In this document: positions 37,901-51,150 of the stretch, piece after piece
Position numbering within the stretch: position 1 is the first letter of the stretch
Layout: each line of letters opens with the position of its first letter
NCBI GenBank assembly: GCA_051362555.1
Contig: CM120646.1
Coordinates: 4,774,001 to 4,838,000, forward strand
Length of the DNA: 64,000 nucleotides
Direction of reading: 5' to 3'
Source of the DNA: Lingula anatina
Lineage: Eukaryota; Animalia; Brachiopoda
Made by a program: the position numbers and the translations under genes
Notes under the pieces: generated by a model
The model's database searches: none
Told to the model about the DNA's origin: nothing
The model's input: the letters and a program-made list of their open reading frames with translations, nothing else

Positions 37901-40900
37901 ACCCAAAACTCCTTATTTACTGCCTTACATACATTCTTTTCGGTGATAAATAAATTTTCAGTGTTTTAGTGATTACATTAATTAACATTTACACATGTCA
38001 TCTTACGGGTGATGGTATAATTGCAGTTTGGGGGTAAAAACTGAAAAATCGGATTCTCAAATGTCTGTTTTACCTGAACACCCGTGATCACTATTTCAAA
38101 GCCAATTTAATGACACCATTTAGTACCCAAAAACCCTGCCAGCGATTTTTTAAAGCCTTAGTTCAGATTTGATCGTTGATAAAGCAAAATAATACCTTTG
38201 TTTTTAGAAGATCGGTCATTACGGACTCATGACTCCATAACAAAAGCATTTAAACCATAACGTTGGCATGGGATTGTAACTCATGCCTTTGTGGTCCATT
38301 GGCCATTCCTTGTGACAAAATCTTGTTCAGGGATGAAGTTAAGCCCCATATGCATTGCTAACTAATCTCAAAAATGAAAGCTGTTAAATAGATGATTAAA
38401 GCTTTGAGTTGCTTATGCTTATACATTGCAACGAAAAAATATAAACGCCGTTATTTCATATTTTCAAGAGTTTTTTCATTGTTTCAAAGCAGCACAAAGA
38501 CAGATACATTATTGAATAATAAGATGCAGGAAAAAACTTATTTTCAGTATCTGGATGGTAATAAAGAGTAACAATATCCTTAATGCTCTGCTACTGAGTG
38601 TTCTACTGTAAATATTCCCATATGTAACTAACATTATGCTATTCTATATGTCAAAACTTTTCAGTTTCATGTGATCCTTGAACAACACTGGCCATATTTG
38701 TTGTATTATTGTTTTTCCTAATTTAAAAGCCACAGTTGTATATAAACATTTGTATTTATGTACACAGAAATGGTGATTTTGGGGTGATTTTTACCTCAAA
38801 ATGACAAAAAATCCTCTTTTTAACCCAAAATGAAGTGACCCAACCAAAATGATGTATCTATTTATGCTCATTGATCATGAAATCATATGGTTAGACATAT
38901 AAAAAGCCATGTTTGAACTGATATTTAAAGATTTACATGAGAAATATGTGATTTGAGGGAGCGTTTGGTTGCCATTTTGAAAAATCACCTGATACCAATA
39001 TCAGATGTAATTTAAAATGAAAATACTTATTAGATTTGTATTCAGCAGCCAAAATGGCCATAGAATCCACTTGTCTGAAATTAAATTTCTCAAAAAAGCC
39101 TTCATTTGCCCACCCCTAATATTATAACTTACCAATTTTGTGGTAGTTCTTCTTTATATACCAGTAGAAGAAGGCGACCAGTGCAATCAGGGCCAGCACG
39201 GTGCCTATACTGCCCAAAACCACCACCACTGTCCACCTCTGTCCTGAAATAAAGGCAATTTTATCCAGAAACATAATTTTGATTTTGTCCTACCCTCTTG
39301 ACACACATAAGACCATACCGAAAATTAGTACAAAATGGACAAATGAACGGTAATATTTTTTGCATTATTTTGTGTTTGTTCAAATTCTCATTCAGACAAG
39401 TTTTTTCATCTAGATATGGCAAACACATTCGGAAACCTTGACAATAAGTGGGCAACTGCGGGCTACCACTTCTGCAATAATTATGACTGATAATAACTTG
39501 TTCTATACCAAAAAAAAAAAAAAAAAAACATGCCCTATGACAATAATATAGCGATTTAGTTTGTTTCCAAAGGACATGCGTTGCAAATATAAAACCCAGA
39601 ATAATAACCATGACAGATGAATGGGAAATATATGGGACGAATTCCTGCACCAGTCATACAACAAACCGTGTGCTAAAACCCTTACTAACCTCTTTTTTGT
39701 GCCTCCTCGCACGACACCTCCTCGTTATTGTATGGACACACTGGAAACAACAATTACCATTTTAACGCTATGAATCCGTTTATACACTGTCAATGCTTTA
39801 TATCACAATTATAAATCAGTATTGCAGGGTTAAGTAAAAAAAATAAGCTCCAGGTGTTATTTAAAAAGTATTTATTGACTTGTCCGAGAAAATGATTAGC
39901 CTTCTATGGTTTGCAGACACTTTACAGACGGTCATAAATGTACGTAGTTAAGTATACCTTCGTTGTAAACAATATGGAACCCTTGCCCAGTTGAGTTTTT
40001 ACTGACGAATAACATAGCTACCCTGTTTGCCTTGGCGTGAAAGTCACTTGGAGGGGAGGCTGGAAAATAATATCGTCTACGACTTTTTTAAATTCGACAC
40101 TTGAATAAAGAGTCGAACAAGTATACTGACAGGGACTTCGATGGAATAACTTCCGGTATACATTATTTTTTATACAAAGAAAAACAACAAATGTGATTAT
40201 TTTTTTAAATAAACATATTTTAGTTATTTACTGTAAGTTCTTTTATGTAAGAATCCGTATGTTTTTATCTAAAATACTCTTAAATTTTTTGTCGTAAAGC
40301 TCTTAAATTTTTCATTTATCTATTCCTAGTAATTGATTTCTTAAGTAATTGTACATGTTTCATGTATATGTAAAGTCTTCTGAACATGTTATAAAGTATT
40401 TTAGACTCAAAATAAATTTATTATTATTATTATGAAATTATTCACGTATGCATACATGAATGAATAAAGCATTGAATACGTGTAAAAGAGACTGAATCGG
40501 TTTTACAAGAAGAGCCGCACGGTAACAGATACACATTTTGTTATCATTTTTAGGTTGTAAATAATTTGCGTAATTATGATTTATACAGTCGACAGTATTA
40601 ATAATGACTTTGTTAAACATTCCGGGCGATGGAAAAAAAGAAACTACTTGGATATGGACGTATTACCTGATGAGTAAACAACTTCATCCTGCTCAGTGCT
40701 CGCCATAAAAAGAAGAGATCCATTGCCTAAGTTAAAAGCCTTGAAATATATATAAATCAATTCTTTTACACTTTGCACCTCAAAGGATTTTTAAGCTTGA
40801 ATGAAACAATGAAATATATAATATGAACACTGGACAACCAGATTAAAATATATAACATTTTGATTAATTTAAAGATAGTTCAATTCAAGTTTCTCTATTG

Positions 40901-42301
40901 ATAGTTATACAGCTCCCATAAAGGTGAAAATTTTATCTTCATGTATCACTATATATTTGCTTGCAAAAACGGAAAGTATTCTGAAATTTGGTGAGAGAGA
41001 GAGAGAGAGAGAGAGTATGTGTGTGTGTGTATGTGTGTGTGTGTGCGCGCGCGCGCGCGAGTGCAAGTTTGTGTTTGTGTGGGGGTGGAGGCACAGATAT
41101 AGAAAGAGAGGGGGGAGAGAGAGTGTGTGTAAGAGAATGTTAGTGCTCTATTTTAGGCTTACCTTGAACTTTACTGTAATCTTTCCATTGTCATATTTTG
41201 TGTGTATAGCATAGTTCAAAGCCATGTTAGCGGGGTAATTCGCCGGCCATGCTGGAGAGAAGATGGAACCCTCAGCAGCCGTCAGGATCGTAGTACCTAA
41301 ACAGGGATTTTTCACTTTATTCCAACAACTCGAGAAACAGTGATATTAAAATTTACATGCCAGTGTTCAACATTCCAGGTCGGTTATTTCAGTATATCTA
41401 ATATAATAACTGCAACGATTTCACTACGCTTAAAACGATAAACAATAAATATATATACTTAAAAAGTTTTGAAATTAAAAAAAAAATATCAAAAGACAAT
41501 AGCTGCCATTTTTGATATGGCAAATTTTGAAACAAACTGCAATATTTTTTACTCCAATCATTATTGTGGCAATATTTTCTTCAGGTTGAACATTAGCACC
41601 AAGAACTTAATATAAATGTTACAGTTATTATATGATACCTTCCATTTCCTCGGATGTTTTTGTTGTAAAATTGGCAAATGATGAATTACGTCTTTCCTTC
41701 AGAGACCTTGTAAGATCGATCTGTAAGATATAAAGTACTGTGCCCATATTATAATTACGATACCGAGACATAGATCATTTGTCGAGTAATACAGTATACC
41801 ATTGGGAAAACACTTGCTCACAAAACAATCTGCTTCTTTCGACTGTTTTTATTTATTTATTTATTTATTTATTTGCAAAGGAGCAAAAGCAAGCAAAGGT
41901 GGTAAAAATACATTTGTCTGGTAGATATCTTACCCACCCTCAAAGCTGGTTTATCCATGAGTTCCATTGTGGAGACACCAATGGGGATGGAAGAATCGTC
42001 TTTGTAATCACCAAGCACGTAACCTCGTCCGTCTCTTATCTGAAGCAGAATACAATCTATTTTCGCCCCATATGTCTAGATCTATCCTTGCGACTACGGC
42101 AATATTAACAGATTTTAAAATCGCCATAAGCATGAAAATATTCAAATTAACAATACGACTAATTAAAATGTTATTTATTTTTCGTTTGAAGCAATGAAGA
42201 GATAACACAAAATCCACAGAGGGTATACAACCAGTAATAATATAATGGATATTCTAGAATTTGTATACGTGCGTTGTATAAAATATATGAAAAGGGTCAT
42301 T

Positions 42302-42365
<64 letters not shown>

Positions 42366-43341
42366 TGTTAAAATAAAGTTGTACAGTACACAGAAGGTGT
42401 AAAGGCGTGCACCGTAGCCCCAAAACTGACTAAATTGACAACACTGGTCACGTGGTCTCTAATAAGTACATTTCCGGATCTAGGTGCCCGGGGGAGGGGG
42501 GGGAGTGAGGGTACCTGCAGTTTGGTGATATCAGCGGGGACTGTCCTAAACATAAGTACCATCCCCCGGACAGTTTCGTTGTTGGTGGAACACTCTAGGA
42601 AAAAAGTGCACGAGGTTTCTGAAAAAAAAACTAAAATATTAAATGTTAAGAAAATTAGGCCATAGGAGAACCAGTTACACTATGAGGCAGTAAATAAATA
42701 TTTAAAACGGGTTCTATTAACACCTTTCAGCCATACTATATATATATTATAATTGTCAAGGTGAAATGTTTTTAACACACGTTAAGTTAATTGAACCACT
42801 TCTTGTTAAAATAAATCCATCAGTTCGGTAAGTTTTTAAGAACGAAAAGATGCGTTAGGGGAGGGGGCATTAACAACAGTTTTCGACCACTATCGACACA
42901 AACGACACTTAGTGAAGACTGAATAGATTACCATTTAGACCTTTTTGGTGAGTACCTGAAATCGTGGATTTCCACTGTGTAAATGGGAGGGTGGGTACAT
43001 TGTAAAGTCACTACAGGAATATTCAATAGCTTACAGAGATTTAAATGTATCTTCTGGTTGTGTTGGAGCATCCCCTCCTTACACTTTTTATCCAACTCTG
43101 TTATAAATACAGGAGGCGGACACGACTTACAGGAATGTTCCTGCTAACTTCGCTTGTGATTTTATATTAATATTTACCCCCTAACCCACCCACTCAAAGT
43201 TATCCTACCGGACCTTCTATCTCATACATACCATTGGAGGGAATAGTGATGTTACCAGCGTCATAGAACGTCTCATTACATATGGCTGAGGCGGGAATAC
43301 TGGCTGAAAACACAATATACATGTACTGTGATATATACCTG

Positions 43342-43375
<34 letters not shown>

Positions 43376-43504
43376 TGCTGGATCAAGGATAATGACATCA
43401 TGAAAAATTCTGTAAATAGTAGAACGGATTAAAACTGGGTACTTACTTTTAAGTAAGACAAGCGTCATGCATACGCAATATACCGTTCCTTTAAACCCCG
43501 CCAT
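34958..43504 (-). CDS. CUB-domain type I membrane protein, paralogue A (11 exons)
   Basis: Signal-peptide exon MAGFKGTVYCVCMTLVLL; CUB motifs AEGSIFSPAWPANYPAN, ITVKFKAFNL and GQGFHIVY; TM exon ~39131-39243 (VVVVLGSIGTVLALIALVAFFYWYI); last exon GYQDFSDPRHGMIN*. The exons splice in phase and no stops were seen. Confidence 0.8.
35056..36442 (-). mobile_element. Tc1-family DNA transposon with a defective transposase, in the last intron of paralogue A
   Basis: TIRs CACACACTGGACAA(T/A)AGAAGTGTCACCCC with TA flanks. The transposase (~36260-35229) has FSDE, MVWGC, QDENAPCH, SPDVNIIENVW and LPRRL..II.SRGYATKY, plus frameshifts and a stop. Confidence 0.93.
36539..39118. mobile_element. Non-autonomous TIR DNA transposon (hAT-like ends)
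   Basis: TIR TAGGGGTGGGCAAATGA plus a subterminal inverted block (GTGGATTCTATGGCCATTTT..GCTGCTGAA). ATATTAT is duplicated on the flanks, and the empty site is visible in paralogue B near 44485. No transposase ORF. Confidence 0.8.
37164..37866. mobile_element. Nested MITE (Harbinger-like ends)
   Basis: Ends GCCCCCTGTCACACT / AGTGTGACTAGGT; the interior is rich in GAAT/ATTC units, unlike the flanks. Confidence 0.6.
42306..42362. repeat. (TA)n microsatellite; others include (GA)n at ~48827-48867 and (TAA)n at ~8878, ~15434 and ~45200
   Basis: Read directly from the sequence. Confidence 0.95.
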
Positions 43505-44170
43505 ATTGCTGACACAAGATAAAACTAACAAGAGGGGTAGGCAAGGACGAATTCAAGGATCTTATCTGTTACTGTCGTTGATTTAGGGCATGCCAGGTAG
43601 AAATCAGGGTTCATTGATAAACGCAGTTTATTATTACCCATTGAGCGATTATTAACCATAAGTTAAGCAGATGTTAAGCAGGACTTACTAGGACATGCCG
43701 TCTAACGTGTGTTCACTTCGACTTAAGTGTAAATACCATTAACTAAATAAAAACGGCTCAAAGCTACGTCCATCAAAACGGACTGGGCATAAAATAAAAG
43801 AATGATGAATAAGTAATAAGTAAATTAGAAAGGCACTGGGATACGCCTGTCAAGGCAGCTAAATATCATTATTATAAATCGGTTAATTAAGTAATGAATG
43901 GTTCGCCTTAGATCGCCTAATGTCGTTTTTTAATAGGTAAACTCCCGGCCGACAGCTTTGGAAGTATTATACAGGGCCCTGCCCGGGAACTGCGTTTTAC
44001 TTTCATACAGTGGTAGAGCGTGCAAGTGAACATCCCAACCCCCACTGGTATATGTACTGATTATTGATGAAGGTATTGAATTTTTAACTTTATTATGTGT
44101 TAGTAGGTAACAAGAGCACGCATAAAAGTCTCTGAAAGTCTCTGTTCCTGTGGTTGCAGTATAAATTGCT

Positions 44171-45199
44171 CTAATTAACCAGGCCATGCCTTGGGTCAGA
44201 GAAGTCCTGGTAACCTGGAATTGAATATGATAATTAGTTAAAGCGCACATATATATCACTTTTTTCCATTCTTATTTTAAATACTTGTGCCAAAAGTTGG
44301 TTTGATACAATTGTACAGATGAGCAATTAAATATGACTGTGGCGAAGATCACGCAGTAACAAAATCATTCAGATATCATCATGTGTTTCTACAACGGAAT
44401 GCAAATGCCCTAAGTTCTGGCGTGTATGTATAGACCCTTTTAAGTTCAATTTGTAAAACCGCCAGTCACGCCGTGTGCGATGTTGTACTATAACTTACCA
44501 ATTTTGTGGTAGTTCTTCTTTATATACCAGTAGAAGAAGGCGACCAGTGCAATCAGGGCCAGCACGGTGCCTATACTGCCCAGAACCACCACCACTGCCC
44601 GCCTCTGTCCTGAAATAAAAAGAAGATAGGCGCAATTAAACGATATGGCAACACATATCTCTAGAGTCTATTTAAGTCTTATTGAATAGTTTATATATAT
44701 TTAAATCACTAAGACCATGGCAGTTAGTATAGATAATAATTTGTTACCATGCCACGCACATAACAATAAAAAGCGACCCGTGTTGCCCGTTTTCTTGGTA
44801 TGAATGGGACTGTGAATGCTTGTAGTAATTTCGGATGGAGGAGACATTAAGACACTATTTCAATTGATATATGCACTTACTGAAATTCTCATGTTTTCAT
44901 TTAGATATGGCAAATGTATAGGGGAAGATTGACAATTCGTGGGCATCTACCGGTGCGGACTTTTCAGCATGGAGTGACTTGCGAAATGCTAGACTAGTCT
45001 CCAAGCAACTATGGCAGATAAATGGTCGGTGGCTGAAATATATGGGATGAATTCCTGCACCAGTCATACAACAAACCGTGTTCTAAAACCCTTACTAACC
45101 TCTTCTGTCCGCCTCCTCGCACGACACCTCCTCGTTATTGTATGGGCACACTGGAGACAAAAAAAATAAATAAATAAAAACAACAACAACAACAACAAC

Positions 45200-45236
<37 letters not shown>

Positions 45237-48118
45237 TAAGCGATATTTTTCAAAGTTATCAATTTACCGTCGATGTTTTATGTTTTATATATTATTTCGT
45301 ATGGGGTTAAGTTAAAAAAACCAAACGCCCAGTGTGTTATTTATGTAGTATCCATCGACTTACGCGAGAAAACGAATTTCTGGCCCCGATTTGCAATGAT
45401 TTTACATGAACCATATGCGGTACATCGTACCTTCGTTGTAATCAAGATGGAATCCTTGACCCGTTTGGTTTCCACTGAAGAAAGTCACAGCTACCTTGTT
45501 TGACTTGGCGTGGTAGTCACTTGGAAGAGAAACTGGAAAACAGTGTTGTGTAAGCGTTTTTAAATCCGACACTTGAATATCTGGTAAAGGGTCAAATAAG
45601 TATATTGACAGGGGCTCCGATGGAATTACTAACGGTCTGCGATTTTTGTTCACAGAAAAAAAAACGGAATCAAACGTAGAACACATCAGTGAATGAGTGC
45701 AGAAGCAGTGAATGAGTGTAAAGGAAAATGTATCAGTACATGTATATAGAAAGGGCCGCACAATTTTAGATATGCATTTTAATGTGAAAAATAAATTGCC
45801 TATTTACACGTTTTTTAAGTCTGCGATTACCTATTCAGGTATTTCGTATATGATAAAATAGCTACGAAACGGAGGACTTATTACCTGATAATTCACCACT
45901 AGAGTAAGTAACGGAGTCCTGGTCACTACTTCCCATTAGAAATATAGATCCTCTGGACAAGTTAAAAGTCTAAAGAAATCAAATAGTTATTGCTTTTACC
46001 ATAAGGGGTCATCTTCTTTCATCATCATTTTCACAAGTGTACAAACCGTACGCCGAGGGAGGGGGTTAAATCTCTCTGTAAGCTTTTGAAAAATAACAAA
46101 AATTATATTCCAAATTGCTATCAAATGTAATATATATTTTTTCTTTTCATCCTGTACCCTCTAAAGGGAGTTCAGGAAAAAGTCTCCCCGTTGTAGACTT
46201 AGGAAAATGATGAAAAAAAGATTACCCCTTAACACTTCAAGAGGTACTTATGATAAAATGACTCTGTTAAAATTTACGATACGAACACTGGACTTCCAGA
46301 CATAGAATAAATGACACAAACCAGTTGCAAAGGGAAAATTTCAGCCAGTATTCCCGCCTCAGCTACAGCTACTATAAAATGAAAGTGATATGTTGCGCTG
46401 TCTGTTTGCTTACAAAAGCAAAAAGTCATATGAAATCTGGTATGTGTGTGTTTGTGTATGTGAGAGAGAGAGAGAGAGAGAGAGAGAATGTATGTGCTGC
46501 ATCATAAGGCATACCTTGAACTTCACTATAATTTTCCCATTGTCATACTTAGTGCGTATGTTATAGAACACCGTGATGTTAGCGGGATAATTCGCCGGCC
46601 AGGCTGGGGAGAAGATGGAGCCCTCAGCAGCCGTCAAGTGCGTAGGACCTAAGCAGGGATATTTCATTTAATTCCACAATTTACGAAACAGTTAAATTGA
46701 ATTTCACGTGCCTTCATTCAACTCTCGAAAACTGTTATATCAATATATCTAATAGTAAAAGCAATTGCAAAGGTTTCACGGCGCTTACAAACATAATTAA
46801 TAATATTTCTAAACTAAGCACCTGTATTAGAAGTATTGGACGAAATAGAAAGAAAATGACTCTTCTTCAGTGCGGTGAATTTTAAAGCATACTACAATGT
46901 CTTGAATTCAATCACCCTTTTTTTTTATTACATTCTTTCAGCCTGAAAACTGAACATACAAGTATTGGTAAAACCTGGCATAAACACCTTGAAACTAATA
47001 TAAAAGTTACAGTTATTATATAACACCTTATACCTTCCATTTCCGATAATGTTTTTGTTGTAAAAGTGGCAAATGATGATTTACTGCTTTGTTTCAGAGA
47101 CTTTGTCAGATCGATCTATAAATAATAAAAAGTGAGAAAATCAAGCTTAGGGTGTGTGTGCATATTATAATAGTCGATGTCAACGCATAGACCATATGTC
47201 GAACACTAAAATGTCATCAAACAAACGGTCACTCACAGAAGAAAGTTTCAACTGATTTTCATTTAAATTTTGGTGGAGTTAAAACAAACAGAGCTGACAA
47301 GCAACATACAACTATTTTTCTTGCAAATGTCTTACTCACCCTCAAAGCGGGTTTATCTGTGACATCCAGTGTGGAGACACCAATGGGGAGGGAAGAATTG
47401 TCTTTGTAATCGCTGAGCACATGACCTCGTCTGTCTCTTATCTGTAGCGAAAAGCAAGCTGGCGTACTAACACCTCTGTTTCTGCATCACCAAAATGTAA
47501 TATACCGGGTATTCTTCATACAATACCGATAATGCAACATGCTGGCTATTTTTCCCATATTTCCCACATTTCTATTCTTTTGATTTCTTCAGTATTGACA
47601 GATTTCAAAATTATCACACGCATCAAAATATTAAGTAATTTAATTGTAATTAACGGGAACGCTGCCAGAAATGATATCGTACTTCGACTGAATCAACGCA
47701 AAGATTGCACAAAGGGTACAAAAAGTAATCACCCCAGACGCCTCCAGAAATGTGCACGTGCCCATTAAAGACTTCACACACACACGCACACACACACACA
47801 CGCACACACGCACATATATATATATGGTCAGTATTTTCCACATCGTCCCATCAGGAATAATAGACACGGGGCGCATTTTTTAACATCAGAGAACAGTTTT
47901 AACAAAAAGAAAATACACGTGTTGAAACAACACCCTGGTTTTGTTGTAACCGACCGGGGTGCAACAAGTCGCTGTTCTTTTTCTAAATTTTTTCCTTGTA
48001 TGTACCTGTGCAAATTTACTATTGAACTTATTTCTGAGGTCGTTATGCATAAAAGAATAGTTAGAAAGTTGTGCCCAACATTCTGACTTACGTATCGGGG
48101 CTTTAAACTATATGTATG

Positions 48119-48161
<43 letters not shown>

Positions 48162-48820
48162 TTATTTTATTTTTTTTTTTTTTTTTGGGGGGGGGTTACC
48201 TGTAGTGTGGTGATATCAGCGGGAACTGTCCCAAACATCAGTACCATCCCAGGGTCAGTTTGGTTGGTGGAACACTCCAAGAAGAAAGTGCACGACGTCT
48301 CTGGAAAACAATTCAATATAAGAAATGTTAAGAAAATAAGAACTAGAGGAACACCTGCTGTTACTATGCAGGCCCATAATAAATGTGTATTCAAAGCAAG
48401 TTCTATTTACACTTTTCAGGAATACTTGCTTCATAGTCCTCAGCTTAATATGTTTGTAAAAGTGACGTAGTGAAATTTTTGAATCACACTTAGAAGTACA
48501 AAACACTTAAAATAAGTTCATCAGTTTGGCAAATTGATTAGAACGTAAAGATGCATTACAGGGGAGGGCTAGGAGGAATTTCTCTTATAACATCGCGCGT
48601 GATTCTATATGAATGCACCCGCCCCCACTCACACACATGTATACATGTAGCTCATACGTACTGATTGTATACTATGCCTGTCTCGTACATACCATTAGAG
48701 GGAATAGTGATGTTACCAGCGTCATAGAATGTTTCATTACATATGGCTGAGGCAGGAACACTGGCTGAAACATAATATACATGTATTGTGATATATACCT
48801 GTATTTGCATATATATTAAG

Positions 48821-48869
<49 letters not shown>

Positions 48870-49004
48870 TTGGATCAAGAATAAAGTAGTATTTACATCA
48901 CGAGAGACTTTGTAAATAGTAAAACGAAATCAAAGGGGGTACTTACATTTAAGTAAGACAAGCGCTATGCAATATACATGTACCGTTCCCTTTAACCCCG
49001 CCAT
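44171..49004 (-). CDS. CUB-domain type I membrane protein, paralogue B (11 exons)
   Basis: Same exon structure as paralogue A. Segments include MAGLKGTVHVYCIALVLL, AEGSIFSPAWPANYPANITVFYNI, NKVAVTFFSGNQTGQGFHLDY, VCPYNNEEVSCEEADRRGQRR, the TM helix, and the tail KKNYHKIGYQDFSDPRHGLVN*. Confidence 0.82.
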
Positions 49005-49429
49005 ATTGCAGTCAACAGATAAAACTAACAAGAGGGGTAGGCAAGGACAAAGTCATACATCTTATCTGGTACTGTCGTTGATTTGGGGCATGTCAGGCAG
49101 AAATCAGGGTTTGTTGATAAACGCAGTTTATTATTACCTATTGAGAGATCATTTACCTTAAGTTAAGCAGGAGATATATGCGACGTACTACATGCCTTGA
49201 GTATACTTCGGATTATAAGTATAAATAGCCATTAATAAATAAAAGAGGTCCAGGTTCATTACTCCGCATTATGGTTGGTTGCATTTAAAACAAAGTGAAA
49301 AGCTTTCTGAAGCCGAGCGTACACGATCTTATCTACATGTACGTAGAATGATTTCAAGGCAAGCGCCCTAAGAAAAAGACAGACGGACAGAAGACGGATG
49401 TCAGACGGAAATGTTCCTCCCCATCTTAA

Positions 49430-50390
49430 TACTAAATCTCTGTCTGAATCAGCAACTAGAGCACTGGGTTTGATAATAGCAAAAGCAAAAAAGGTTGGTC
49501 AAATTAAATGGGATTCTCCACATACCAAAAATTGTTTAACAGTTGTGTAACTCCAATTTTAGAATACGGGTCAGGGGTTTGGAGATTTCCAGAAAGTGAA
49601 ACCTGTGAAAAAGCTATGTTCAATGCGTTAAGATACTATTTAGGAGTACACCTATTTACACCCAAAATTAGTCTGTATGGTGACTCAGGTTGGATACCTC
49701 TAAAATTTAATAGGTGGTTGAACATACTTAGACTTTGGAACATTTTAATACTTGCCCAAAATGATAGACTTGTGAAACAGATTTTTAAGAGGATTATAAA
49801 TTGGGGAAAAAACTGGTGCTCCGAGGTAAGAGAGATACTCAAATTCTGTAATATCGAAAGCCATTTTTCGAACAAACAAATTGTGGATATAGAATACATT
49901 AAAAAACTCTTTTATGAAAAATTTTAAATTAAATGGAAAAAAGACATTTTGAAATTTCCCAAACTTCGAACATATATGACATTTAAAAAAAGAATTGAAA
50001 ACTGAAAAATATTTACACCTAGATTTAAATAGAAAAGAAAAATCAATTTTTACTCAATTTCGGATGGGCATTTTGCCTCTGCATGTGGAAACTGGACGGT
50101 ATACAAATGCACCTTTAAATGAAAGAATATGCCAAGTAAAAAGACTTAGAAGATGAGAGTCATGTCTTACTTCGGTGCACTGCTTACAAAGAGGAAAGAT
50201 ATAACTGTTTTTTAAAGTTGGCGATCCAAAAAAATGATACCTCTATAGAAGATTTAATGGAAAAAGATTTGAGGCAGCTAGTAAAATTTGTAGGTAAGAT
50301 TTTTGATAAAATACAGGAACAATTGTACTCAACAGGTGTCTTATAAACCCGAAGGGCTAGGTGTTCAAAACACAAGACACGTAAATAAAT
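49430..50390 (+). mobile_element. 5'-truncated non-LTR retrotransposon (post-RT region, frameshifted)
   Basis: KLFNSCVTPILEYGSGVW, LYGDSGW, PKLRTY, QFRMGILPLHVETGRY...ERIC, and an AATAAA-rich end near 50385. Confidence 0.8.
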
Positions 50391-51150
50391 AACCCAGACC
50401 GCCAGGATTGGCGAGTCATGGAAATACTCTGAAACCCATTTAGAGCGACAGACTGTGTAATCTACTATCAATAGAATCACTGTTTGAATGCATTCTATCT
50501 AATCACACCGATAGGCCGCGGATTTAAGATAGGAAAGTTCGCGTGAATTTCAGGGCTCACTACAAACTGGTCAGTTGAAACTGTCGGAGAGTTGTAGCAC
50601 CCCAATGCAAAGCTGAGAGGAAAATACCTAGGGAGAATCTGATCATAAGTACACGTAAGTGTGAGATGGTTATTTTTTCCACAAAAGGGGGGCATTTCGA
50701 CCAAGTCTGGGCAATTCGTTATGGGCTACTGATAAGAGCATTTTATGGCCCGTTATTTTCAAAATGGTACCATCTCAAATTATAACCCTCATTAATATTA
50801 TCTGCAGAGTTCTGCTGTAGGTGCTGCGTTCTTCGTTTAAGTAAGAAGGTGTGAGTGTATGAACACCCGACCCCCATCGACTATCGAAGGAAGTATAGGG
50901 CCTACTTTCTTCTTTGTTACGTGTTAGTCAATCAGAAGTCTCTTGCTTTTCTTTCAGTCTGCGTCTAAAGCAGTACCAAAGACAGTAAAAATAACCCACG
51001 TGCATGCAAAGGGTCTTGATGGATATTACTGTTGCTGAAGGCAACGTTAAGATAAAAACCTTAAACTTTAAATCAAGGTAGAGATAAGCCTACTTTCAAA
51101 GCGTCTTCTAGCAGTATACGTCAAATGTCTTTCCAGGCAACATAGAACAT

